A stretch of DNA of 64,000 nt from Camelus ferus (lineage: Eukaryota): positions 98,086,001 through 98,150,000 of the forward strand of contig NC_045697.1 of the NCBI RefSeq assembly GCF_009834535.1. The letters are read 5' to 3'. The notes beneath the pieces are model-generated. The model made no database searches and was not told where the DNA came from. It worked only from the letters and a program-made list of their open reading frames with translations. Positions 25,955 to 38,100 of this stretch are shown here, piece after piece (the first letter of the stretch is position 1; each line of letters opens with the position of its first letter). Made by a program: the position numbers and the translations under genes.

Positions 25955-28773
25955 CAATCAATAAAATCAGAAGTGAAACAGGAAATGTTATAACTAGTAA
26001 CACAAATATTAAAGATTGTAAGAAACTACTATGAACACCAACAGATCAGAAAACCTAAAAGTAATGGATAAATTTCTCAAAACATATAATCTACCAAGAC
26101 TGAATCATTAAGAAATAGCAAGTCTGAACAAACCAATTACTAGAAAGGAGACTGAACCAGTAATCCAAATCTCCAACAGACAGAAGTCCAGGATGAGATG
26201 GCTTTACTAATGAATTCTACCAAATGTTTATAAAGAATTATTATCAACTTATCTTAAAGTCTTCCCTCAAAAATGAAGAGGAGGACTGACTGATTGATTC
26301 TTTAACATCTTTATTGTGGTATGGTTCCTTCCTGTACAGTAAACTACACATATTTCAAATGTACAATTTATATACCAACGAAGCCACTACCACAATCAAG
26401 ATAGCTAACATTTCCATCACTGAGGAGGGAACACTTTTAAACTCATTTTATGAGACCAGCATTACCTTGATATCAAAGCCAGATAAAGATACTTACAAGG
26501 AAAGAAAAGAAAATTGCAGGCCAATATTCCTGATGAACACAGATGCAAAAATCCTCAATAACATATAAGCAAACTGAACTCAACAGTACATTAAAAGGAT
26601 ATACACAATGATTAAGTGAGATTTATTTCTGGGATGTAAGGATGGTTCAACATCTGCAAATCAATGTAATACACTATAATAACTAAGTGAAAGATAAAAA
26701 TTATGTATCAATAGATGCAGTAAAATCATTTGCCAAAATTCAACATCCTTTATAACCATCAACAAATTAGGTATAGATGAAATGTGTCTCAATCTAACAA
26801 AGTGCATATATAACAAACACATTTATCATACTCAATGGTGAGAAGTTAAACGATTTCCCACTAAGATCGGGAATAAGACAAATGGGTCCCCCCTCTGACT
26901 AGTTCTATTCAACACAGTATTAAAACTCTAGTGCAACTCTAGGCAAGAAGAAGAAATAAAAATCATCCAAATCTGAAAGGAAAAAGTAAAGTAGTCTCTG
27001 ACTGCAGATAATATGATCTTATATATAGAAAACTAGACTCCACACACACACACAGAAACAACTGTTAGAACTAATGAACAAATTCAGTCAAGTTGCAGGA
27101 TACAAAAACAACATACACAAACCCGCCGCATTTCTATATATTAACAACTAATTATCTGGAAAAGAAATCAAGAAAGCAATTCCAATCATAACATATCAAA
27201 ATAATAATACTTAGGAATACATTTATCAAAGGAAATGAAAGATTTATATACTGGAAATTACGAGACATTGGTGAAAGAGATTGAAGAAGACACAAAAATG
27301 GAAAGATAGCCTGTATTCATGGATCAGAAAAATTAATGCTGTTAAAATGTCCATTCTACCCAAAGCCATCTATAGATTCAATGTAAACCCTATCAAAATT
27401 CCAAGGGCATATTCTCAGATATAGAAAAAACAATCTTAAATTTCATAGGAAACCACAAAAGACCCTAAATAGTCAAAGCAATTCAGGGAGAGAAGGACAA
27501 AACTGGAGGCAGCATACTTCCTGATTTAAAACTTTAATATAAAGCTATAGTAATCAAAATTATATGATACTGGCATAAAGACAGATACACAGACCAATGA
27601 AACAGAATTGAGAGCCCAGGAATAAACCCACACATAAACAGTCAACAAATATTTGACAAGGGAGCCAAGAATACTCAATGGGGAAAGATAATCTCTTCAA
27701 TAAATGGTTTTGGGAAAACTGGATATTCATACGCAAAAGAATAAAATTGGTCCCCATCTTACACCACTCACAAAAAATGAACTCAAAATAGATTAAAAGT
27801 GGCTGTAAATTTGTACAGCCACTATAGAAAACAGGATGAAACTTTCTCAGAAAATTAAAAATAGATTTTATTTATTTTATATGTATACTCAGCAACCACT
27901 CAGCAAATAACTCAATTCAAAAAATGGCCAAAGCAGTCTTGGACAGTCTTTGCCTTTTGGGGACCTAATATTGGGAGAAATAACATATGCTGACTCAAAA
28001 GGTAAATTAGTTACCTCCCCCATCTCAAATTTCAAAATTTTAAGAGTTCCGAGACAAAAGGAAAATTATAAAAGGGTTTTGACATGTATAGACATGTCAG
28101 TGTGGGCTGGCCTTGGAGCCATTGGGTTGTCTTCATCAGGTGATTTGCTTTCTTCGGTTTTAATGATGTGTTTTAATTTTTTGTTTGGTGACTTTTTGTG
28201 GTTGCAGCATCAGTGGTCTCTCGGAATTGTTCTCAGGACATCCTGGAACAGGACATTGTAATATTTAGCAGATTTAGAAAGTGCACGGCGGTTTTTCTTT
28301 GCACACTGTGAAGTCCTGAGTGAGAGCCTCTAGTCCAGACAAGTGAAGGGTAGGTCTCTGTTGCCTTACTGTCTCCTAGGGAGCGAGAGCCAGTGCTTTA
28401 GGATCTGCTGTCTCATGACTTTCCGCTCTGGGCACATTCTGACCGTGGCCGAGCATTTCTGAGGGAACACTCTTTCTCGCCTGCTTTGTCCTGTGAGAGT
28501 ACCGGAGACTGGGTGCTCCCAGAAAGATCAAGATTGTGTACCAGACATTCAGCAGAATTAGGCGTCAGAAACGGCTGAAGGGAGACCCATTACCCGAAGT
28601 AGTAGAGCTGCTTTATTGACTTTGTTAAATGAAGGTGGCCTTGGGCCCTGTTGGGTTTTAGAAGTTGCTAAAAAGTCATTAAAGAATATTGGGCACATTT
28701 ATTTGTAAATTACCTAATTCTGATGCTAGGCTTCCCACATTTCTGGGGTAAAATAATAGTGGTTTTAGAAACT

Positions 28774-28806
<33 letters not shown>

Positions 28807-29530
28807 AAGGACCTGAAGACAGTTTTTCAAAGAAGGCACACACATAGCCCACATGTACATGAAAAGATGCTTAGCATTATTAATCATCAGGGGAATGAAA
28901 AATCAAAACAATGGTAAGATATCACTTCACACTGTTGGAATGTCCATTATCAAAGAGACAAGAGATAACAAATACAGGTGAGGATAAGGAGAAAAAAGAA
29001 CCCTGTACACAGTTGATGGGAATGTAAATTTGTACAGCCACTACAGAAAACAGCATGTTTCCTCAAAAAATTAAAAACAGAACTGCTACATAATTCAGCA
29101 ATTCCATTTCTGAGTATATATCCAGAGGAAATAAAGTCACTGTCTTGGAGAGTTATCTGTACTCCTATGTTCACTGCAGCATTTTCCACAATAGCCAAGG
29201 TATAGAAATAACCTAAGTGTCCCTTGATAGATGAATGGATCAACAAACTGTGATATATACACACACACAGACACACAGACACACACACAATGGAATATTA
29301 TTCAGTCTTAAAAAGGAAAGAAATCCTGCCACTTTCAACACAGAAGAACCTGGAGGGCATTATGCTAAGCAAAATAGGCCAGACAGAGAAGGACAAATGC
29401 CACATGGTATCACTTACATAATCATAAAAAAAAAATTAAACTCATAGCTACAGTTAGTAGGATGGTGGTTGCCAGGGGAGGGGGAGAAAGGTAGGAGGAA
29501 ACAGTATATCTGTCTAATGTACCAATTTTA
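25955..29530 (+). mobile_element. Older 5'-truncated L1 (decayed ORF2 RT region to 3'UTR) carrying nested insertions
   Basis: Remnants such as [17 protein letters not shown] and [14 protein letters not shown], with many stops and frameshifts. Confidence 0.92.
27934..28794 (+). pseudogene. L1-mobilised retrocopy of an unidentified polyadenylated RNA (processed pseudogene or orphan transduction)
   Basis: Non-L1 sequence followed by a pure poly(A) run. TSD AAAAAATGGCCAAAG at 27919-27933 and 28795-28809. Confidence 0.88.
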
Positions 29531-29569
29531 ACAATTGTATATAAACATGTAGTATTTCAAAAATATTAC

Positions 29570-30300
29570 CTCCCAGGCATCAGAGAAATTTACTGGAGGA
29601 CGTAATTCAAGAAAACCAGGGAGTAAAGGCAAAACCATGAAATCAAAGAAGTAGAGTCAATAGGAAAAAAGGCAGCTGGAATTTGAAAGATTCCACGTCT
29701 TGGAATAACATATTATCCTGAGAACAATCTTAGAAAGTACCCAGTCCGAACTGGTGCAGAAGTATGACTGTCCCACTGTATGTTACCAATACGACTAATC
29801 TACTGAAACATTGTTTGATTTCCTGGTATGCTTGACCAGGTTGAAAGAGCCATAGAAAACTAAACAAAAAACAAGGGAATTATTACCTTCAATAAAAACA
29901 AAAATTTGTATATGAAGGGAAATGTAATAATTGTAGTTGTCCACATGGCTTTGCCATGCATAATATTTATAGATCATAAAATAAAAGCGTCAAGTATCAG
30001 TTTAATATATGATTAACATATTACTGAATAGAAATTCAATATATGGTTAATATACACTTATGAGAATAATGAGGGAAAGGGATTATACGAGTGAATCCCA
30101 GTGGGATTATGGGTTGATGTGAGAAAGTAAAATACTTATTTTCCAGCACAGAGAGTCAAACAATACTCTCTAAAATTTGAAATCAAGAACTAGCCATATG
30201 CATTTGAACTTTAGAAATAAGGAGACAGAAGAAACAGATAAAAGAGGTGCGGCTGTTACCTCAGAGACAGAAACCTGGGCTTGTTTGTCTTGAGCAAAAG
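29570..30300 (+). mobile_element. Ancient HAL1/L1M-like fragment
   Basis: ACTGGAGGACGTAATTCAAGAAAACCAGGGAGTAAA resembles the HAL1 ORF end. Confidence 0.4.
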
Positions 30301-30449
30301 TCTGTTATTTTTCATTATAAATCTCTGACTTCTTAAAATATGTGTTAATTCAATATAAATAAAAATCAAATTAATTTTTAACAGAGACCAGTGATTATAT
30401 GTTAGCAAGTAAGATTAATATTACTGTAATTTCTTGCCTGTACAAGTTT

Positions 30450-31110
30450 AATACTTTCCCTCCTCTCCTTTTCTATCTAATCTGCATTTTTCAATCTAAA
30501 TTGCTGCTTTTCTTCCCCAAATTAATCTTTCTACAGTACAGCTCAAATCATGTTCTTCTCAAAACTTTAAGTGGCTCATTTCATTAATTTGGCATGTGAC
30601 TTCACCACAACTTATGTCCTATTCTCCTTCCACTTAACAGATATTTGTGGAACCACTGCTGTGTTTTGTTGGCAGCAATAAGGATTCAATGATGGACAAG
30701 ACAGACATAATTCTAGTCTCTGAGGGGCTTAAATTCTACATCCTTCTGCTAACACCCTCTTTTTTTAGACCTTTGTTCTAATGCATTTGACTTGTCAGTC
30801 CTCCCCTTCGTTTTCAAGTGCGTATACACAAACCCTGCTTATTCTTTAAGGCAGAATGCAAATGCTACCTCCTTCACAAGGTCCTTTGTGACCTCCCACT
30901 CCCAGCCCCCAGTGGAAGTAAATTTTTTCTTATCCAAACGTCCTTTGAACTTCCGCCTGTGGCTTGTATGCACTTAATGCTTTTCCCCTGAATTATAGCA
31001 ACTCACACGCCTTCCCAAGTGGAACCTGAGGTCCTAGAGAACAGGGTCCTTACAGATTCATTTCTATATCCTCTACAGTACTCCCACACATTGTAGATAA
31101 TAAGCAGTTT
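30450..31110 (+). mobile_element. L2 fragments
   Basis: CTCAAATCATGTTCTTCTCAAAAC and CCTGAGGTCCTAGAGAACAGGG motifs. Confidence 0.5.
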
Positions 31111-31521
31111 TCGAAAGAATCCATGAGGATATTTCCACCTACGAACATTGGAGCACCATATTAAATTGACATTTCCTTCTTATTTTCTTTTTTGTTGAAT
31201 AAGCATTTCTTTTAGAATAGATTTGGATTTACAGAAAAACTGCAAAGATGGTAGAGTATTCCCATGTACCGCACACCATTCCTCTTATTATTAACATTAA
31301 TAATATGATACGCCAATATGGTACATTGGTCACAATTAATGAACTAATAGTGATATGTTATTAACTAAAGCACACACTGTATTCAGGTTTCTCTGGTTTT
31401 ACTTAATGTCCTTTTTTTCTGTTCCTGGAGCCCATCTAAGATACCACATTACAGTTAGTTGTTGTCTCCTTAGATTACTCCTAGCTGTGACGGCATATCA
31501 GACTTTTCTTACTTTGGATGA

Positions 31522-31745
31522 CTATATTAGTTTTATATTGCTGTAATAAAATACTACTATAAGCTTAGTGGTTTAAAACAATATAAACTGATTATCTCCC
31601 AATTTTATAGGTCATCCATCCAATCCATGTCTCAATGGCCTAAAATCAAGATGTCAGGAGGGTTTGTTCCTCTCTGGAGGATATAGGGGACAATCTGTTT
31701 CCTTACCTTGTCCACTTTCTATAGGCTGCCCACATTCCTGCCACA
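31522..31745 (-). mobile_element. MaLR LTR fragment nested in L1MC
   Basis: TATATTAGTTT...GCTTAGTGGTTTAAAACAA...AAAATCAAGATGTCAG. Confidence 0.75.
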
Positions 31746-31974
31746 ATGACCTCTGATAATTTTGAAGAGTACTGTTCAGGTATTTTATAGAATGTTCCTC
31801 CACTGGGATTGTCTGATGTTTTTCTCACGATTAGACTGGGGTTATGGGTTTAGGGGAAGAAGATCACTCAGATAAAGCAACATCTCATCACATCTCAAGT
31901 ACATGTGCTATCAACATGACTTGTCCCTGTTGCTGTGTTCCTGGGTCACCTGGCTTAGGCAGTGTTTGTCAGAT

Positions 31975-32480
31975 GTGGTGGCCTGAATACTTACCCCAGA
32001 TATATCTATGTCCTAAACCCTGGACCTGTGAATATCTTCAGTTACATAACAAAGGAGAATTAAGTTTGCCAATGGAATTAAGATTTCACATCATCTGACC
32101 TTTGGCTAAGGAGGTTTTCCTGAATGACCTAGGTGGGCCCATGATAATCAAAAGGCAGGAGAGAGTCAGAGAAAGAGATGTGATAAGAAAGCAGCTCAGA
32201 ATAATGTCTTATGAAAAGAACTGGACAGGCGGTTGCTGGCTTTGAAGACAGAGGAAGGGGGTCATGATCCCAGAAATACAGGCAGACTTGGGAAACTGGA
32301 AAAGGCAAGGAAAGAGATGCTCCCCACTAGAGCCTCCAGAAAGCAATGCAGCCCTGCTCCTCAGCCTGACCATACCTTGATTTTAGCTCAGTGTTAGACT
32401 TCTAATCCACAGAACTGTGAGATTATCAAGTTTTATTGTTTTATTCCACTAAAGTTGTAGTAATTTGTTAGAGCAACAAC
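31975..32480 (+). mobile_element. MaLR LTR (MLT1D/E-like) nested in L1MC
   Basis: CCCTGGACCTGTGAATAT...GCTGGCTTTGAAGA...TAATTTGTTAGAGCA. Confidence 0.82.
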
Positions 32481-32722
32481 GAGTTTTTTCCTAAAAAATT
32501 ATCCTTTTCCCCTCTGTCCACAGTCTACTCTTTGGAAGGAAGGTACTGTGCACAGTCCATTCTTGAGGAGAGGACGTTACACTCTCCTTCCTTAATGGCA
32601 GAGTAGCTATATACATTATTTGGAATTGTTCGACAGGAGAAATTTGTCTATTCTCCACATTTATTTATGTCAGTATGGACTCGTGGATGTTTAGGATTAC
32701 GAGATTTCCACATTACATCTTC

Positions 32723-33234
32723 TAGTCACCAAGTCCAAACTCACTCTGCTCACTGCATCGCAGGCGAATAAATCAGGAGATGAGGTGTTGGGGTAAGGAA
32801 TGACTTTATTCCAAAAGCCAGCAGACTGAGAAGGTGGGAGAGTTTATGTCCTAGAGAACCATCTTCCCCACGTCAAAATTCAGGCTCCTTTTATACTAAA
32901 AAGGGGAGAGGGTATGGTTAGTTGTTGCAAACTTCTCGGTGTCCCAATCTTTTGTTCTTGCAGCTGTCCACCTAGTCATGATGTTCCTATAAACCTCCAA
33001 TAAGATAAATGTTATTCTCTGTTCTGCAACTTATAATCTCTATATGAATGAAAAAGTACTACACCCTTAAAGATCAGAACCTTGAGAATCGGCTACCCAC
33101 ATATTTCAGGCTCTAGGCAACATTCTTTTACAAAAGGCACAGAATCAGCATGACTAGGCAAAGACAACAGCGTACAGAGTTAAAGCTAAAGGAACAGATA
33201 TAATATGGAGTCAGATATGTTCTTCCCTATTCCA
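32723..33234 (-). mobile_element. ERV1-class solo LTR (same family as 19084-19581)
   Basis: Shared blocks, e.g. TTTTATACTAAAAAGGGGAG and CCTTGAGAATCGGCTA. AATAAA on the minus strand at ~32805. Confidence 0.75.
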
Positions 33235-33759
33235 GTCTTGGCCAGATATGGGTCATATACCCAGCCCTGGACCAACTGCTAGCAATAAGATCTCCATGAC
33301 TGGTTTTGACTGATCATGATTCACCCCTGGGGCTGCACACCGTGTCCATATACCTGCATCCCCCACCCAAAAAAAAGAGACAAACACTCAAGGAAGGAAC
33401 GCAGCATTTGCTGTTCAGTGGGCAACAAATACTGCATGGGACTAGCAGGTAATTGGTTTTTGGTTTTGCTTTGTTTTAATATGAAATGAGTTCAAAAGAC
33501 ACTGGTGCTCTAAATCTATCAAGCAGAGATACTGGACTGACTGATTTATCATCACATTTGAAAATAAATTTCTTCTGGTCTTGACACATATAGGCAGCTG
33601 AAAAGACAAAAGCATACTTTTCACATTGAAGCAAGAAGTTTTTTTCTAAAGTTAAAAGTTTTAAATGATTTCAGGAGTTTGCTATTCACATCCCAATAAA
33701 GATTCCCAGAAAACAAATTTACAAAATTATAAAAAATGAATTGCCTATTTTTTCCCTCA

Positions 33760-34205
33760 TGTGTCATCCTAGCTTGGCTCTAATCCACAGTTATTTAATC
33801 AAACACTACATCGTGTGTTGCTGTGAAGGGACCTTGTAGATGTACTTAAAGCCTCTAATCAGGTGACTTTAAGGTAGACTGTCCTAGATAATCTGGATAG
33901 GCCTGACTGAATCATTTGGAGGAATTTAAAAGTGGGGATGAAGTATCACTAAAAGAGAAGAAATTCTGCCTGTGGACAACTACCACTCATGCCAGTATGT
34001 TCAAGCCTGCGCACAATCTTCCCTTTCTGATTACCTACCTGATGGATTTTGCTTGACCAGCTCTTACAAATGAGTAAGGCAATTATTTGCAATAAATATT
34101 CCTGGCTCCCCCCACCCTCCCTCCCATCTATCTACCTACCTACTTACCTCTCCATCCATCCATCCATCCTACTGACTCAACTTCTCTGGATGAACTCTGA
34201 CTCAA
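33760..34205 (+). mobile_element. ERVL LTR (MLT2)
   Basis: ATGTGTCATCCTAGCTTGGC...GTTGCTGTGAAGG...TCTCTGGATGAACTCTGACT. Confidence 0.8.
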
Positions 34206-34939
34206 ACACTTAGAGACTAACCATTTCAGATAGGTTCATCTTCTGATCTTCTGATTAGTACTATAATATTCCTTTTTCACTCTAATATTTCTATTATACT
34301 TTTTAAAAATGGTATCAATTTTCATAGGTAAAAAATTTAACAATTTCACTGGTATCCATTCAATGTCCCACACACTCTACATTAGTCACATTCTCTAGAA
34401 GGACATTTCCTCTGAGCCTGGCTAAATTAGAAGGGAAGGACAGAAGACAGGGAAAAACTAGGGCAGAGTGCAGGAAGTGGGGCTATGCATTCACAAGATG
34501 AAAAATAACACATGTTGACCTTTTGGCAAAATAAATACATCTAAAACACCTGCTGGTTTGGGGGTGTTTTGAATACTCCACAGGCGTGTTGACACAGTGC
34601 TAGAAGTAAATAAGAATCCAAAGCCAACAGACTCCAGCTTTTGACTTTCAACAGAGGTCAAATAACAGTGCTTTTATTTGCCCGCAAATTAAACCTCTTT
34701 AAATTTCTTAGCTGCAATGATACCCCAACTTTTTTCTCTCCATTATAGTTGCTCAATCTTTAATGCTCACTTGGAGAATCATCAACGAACCACAGAAATG
34801 ATCCTTTCTCATGAATTTATCTCAGGAAATCTCCTCAAGCAACAATCGCAGTTCTCGGTATCTTACTGTAATCAAAGTAGCACAGGGTTTGAAGACAGAA
34901 CTGCTAGCTTTGATTCTAGTCAAATATTGTAGTAGAACA

Positions 34940-35160
34940 CCGTCTATCTCCCTCCCCTCTTTATTTTTTACCAGAATACCACCTTCTTACATTCAATATC
35001 ACTTATTTGTTCATATTATTTACTATCTTTCTCCCCCATTAGAATCTAGACTATAAGGTCCAGGATGGCTGGGGTTTTGTCTATGGATTCACTGCTGAAT
35101 TCCAATAAGTAGCACAATGCCTGGCATATAGTCCATGCTGACTAAATACCAACTGAACAA
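34940..35160 (+). mobile_element. L2 3' end
   Basis: TTCACTGCTG...AGCACAATGCCTGGCATATAG. Confidence 0.75.
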
Positions 35161-38100
35161 ATCTCACTCCGTTATTAAATCTGTAATGCCAATATCATAC
35201 CAGCACCTAATTTATTAGATTACTGTGAGGGTGAAAATGGTAATGCATGTGATGCTCTAGAATATCTCAGTCAACCTGAATTCAGAAACTTTCTATAGTG
35301 ATTCCAACATCTACTTCCACCCAAACAGAGTATATGGGAGATAGATTAATATGGGGCAGCAATAAAGCAATTCATTTTACTCTTTCTTAGAATTTACTAT
35401 TTTGTTACCTGTAATTCTTTCTTCGTCTACAGCTTTGTCTTGGGTTGGGATCCACTGAAAAGTTTGTTGCTTGACCCTAGAAACTGCACTAAGTAGGGAT
35501 TTAGGAAGAATCTTTTGCTGCTTATTATTCAGTGAAGTTATTCAGCCAGTCAACAAACAGAATCATTGTTGCCCAGCATTCTGCCACAAGTGGCAAAGTA
35601 TTAGAGATCAATAAGGCATCTGTCCCAGTAACTAGTTAAAATACCAAGAAATTTTTCTTCAGACATAACCCAAATACCTTATGCTGCACTTTGCAGTTAA
35701 TCCTTCTTATTTTTTTAAGTGAAAATGGAAGAAAACTGGATATCCTTTCTGTAATAAAATACTGAGAGCTTGAAAATAAACTCTTTTGAATTGAGTTTTG
35801 AATCCTGAGACCAAAGAATGGAAATTTGCAAGGCATCACTCTTCAGTACTCTGAAATTGAGAATGACTGATCCAATGTTCAATTAAAAATACTCACAAAT
35901 GAAGTCCTCAGGGACACACGAGGATGTTACCAGTAGCTGTCTCTGGGTCACAGAATTTTTGTTGTTGTTGATATCTTTATTTTTTTCAAGAGTGAGCATG
36001 CATTATTCATAAGCACATATATTACTTTTTCAAAGGGTTTTTTTGTTTGTTTGTTTAAAATGGCATTTTAAATCTTGGGGGTAATAGAAATTTTGCAAAT
36101 GTCTGCAAAGTCTTATCATTAAGTAGAATGGAAGAAAAGATAAAAAGCAAACAGGAGTTGAAAACATGAAAATAGGTAACCACAGGTCATGTAAGAAATA
36201 TGCAGTCAAAAGTTCAATAAACAAAATATTTTGGCAACACAATTGACTCAAACCATTTATAAGCAACTTCTCTTAGCCCTTCTGAGATTTTCCCATAAAC
36301 ACTAAGATATCATTGTGTTCAGGGACTGTGAGCTATTGGCAGGGGACAAAACACAAAGTACATTTTTAAATTAATAATATTTTATTTTAAAACACCACTG
36401 ATCTTAAGCTACCTCCACAATTGCAAATTGGGGGCTTTTCAGGTAATTTATAGGGAAAAAGCGTGAAGTTTATCTTTGAAATGAAATGAAATAATACCTG
36501 CACTTCTTACTTTGGGGAAATTTTATGTTAAATTACTCTGACAGGCAGAGATGATAAAACATTGAGAAATATTTAAAGATTTCATTTCTCTTCCTGATAA
36601 CGACAAGGTTCATTTTGTGCTCTCAGAGGGGAAATCAAATCTGATTTACTGTCAACTGCCTCAGTGCCATGATCCACATTTCACATTCTTTAAACAGCCT
36701 CCGCAAAGCAAGGATATTACTGTCCTTTCACAATGGGGCTGATCAACTGCCAAATGCCTGATAAATCATCAGATGCTTTCATTTGAAGCTACCTGTTTCT
36801 TTATCATGATAAAGCATGATTTGGAACATGTGGCAAGCCATCATAATTTTATGGGTAAAAAGAAACTTGATTTACACAACCATCCTTTCAAAGGGCAAAC
36901 AACAGCAGTGAAAGGACGAACTACAACTACACGGATTCTTCCATTCTTCTCAGTTTACCTCCTTTCTTTGTTTCACTCCAACAGCCAACTAGCTCCCTCC
37001 TTTCCTTGGCCCTGGCTAAGAATCACCAAGTAAGATTTGAAGAAAGCCCAGAAGCATCTGAAAAATAACATTGACCAGCTTCATTCTCCTAATCCTCAAA
37101 TTACAATTTTGAGCTTGAATCCTGAGCAGACCAGCACTGAGCTAAGAGGAAACGTTTGGGAACAGGCTATGAATTTAAACATTCAGCAGAAAAGGAATGA
37201 AAACGTTTAATCATCCTACCAAGCTCAAAAGGTGTAGCAAAGCAGACGCTAGCCACATTGACTGAACTGCTGTTTGGAGGGAAGATTGTTAGCAGCTCTT
37301 TGAGGGTGAGTAGGGGGTTATCTTTTATTGTTTCTAGTTTTTTTCCAAAAGCTGGATCAGAGTTGATCAAAATTGTGGTGCAAGGTCAAACTCCGAAGGT
37401 CAAACATCCCTATTCCTGAGCCTGTCCCAAGTCATCACTCTAGTCCCTTTGGGTTATATTCTTTCTTCTGTTCCAACTGCCATAAATTTTCAGTGATAAG
37501 ATTCAGAGGTGGAATGAGAAAGGCAAAAGACAATCCATTGTGTTCTCGAAGACACACCAAGATAAAGGATATAATTCCATCCATCAGTGTTCCCCTCTTG
37601 GATAAATGAGTGTGAGAAGAAAGATGTTGGGGAAGCCAGTTTTACTGAATTAATTGCTTAAGGAAAGCAAACCAAAACAACATGACAGATGCTAATTTTA
37701 ATACAAGGGGTAATCAATCGTCCATTTCTTCCCTTTCCAGAGCCTAAAAAAGTTTGAAAGAGTTGTATCAAACTTGTTTTTCCATTCAAAATCATTTCTT
37801 TCCCCTCCAAGACATCAATCCCCCTGCCATTCACTAAAGACCTACCTAATTTATCTATTTTTCTATTCAGTTATTCAGTCTTGTTTTTGGTCCACCTCTC
37901 AATTTTTTTAAGGCAACAAGACACACTGGAATATTTTACTTTCCCTGCCGATTCCAAGTGCATACAGAGAAGAGGGAAGATGAGTCACCTCCTAAAACAG
38001 GCTGCTTCTTCAGGAGAGACAAACTCCACGTCTCTCAACTCTGCAGCCTACAGACTGCCTTCCACCGAAGGTAACATCACAGAACCCACCTCATCTGTGG

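Larger units (their letters stand above)
31190..32690 (-). mobile_element. L1MC-like 3' region interrupted by two MaLR LTRs
   Basis: ATTTACAGAAAAACTGCAAAGATGGTAGAG... The L1 sequence resumes after each LTR. Confidence 0.8.

Noticed and set aside
27950..28261. 103-aa ORF in the retrocopy as a named gene
   Set aside because: TTG start and no recognisable family. Kept only as part of the retrocopy finding.
28410..28465. Possible C/D snoRNA (two CTGA boxes) in the retrocopy
   Set aside because: No RTGATGA C box and the span is too short.
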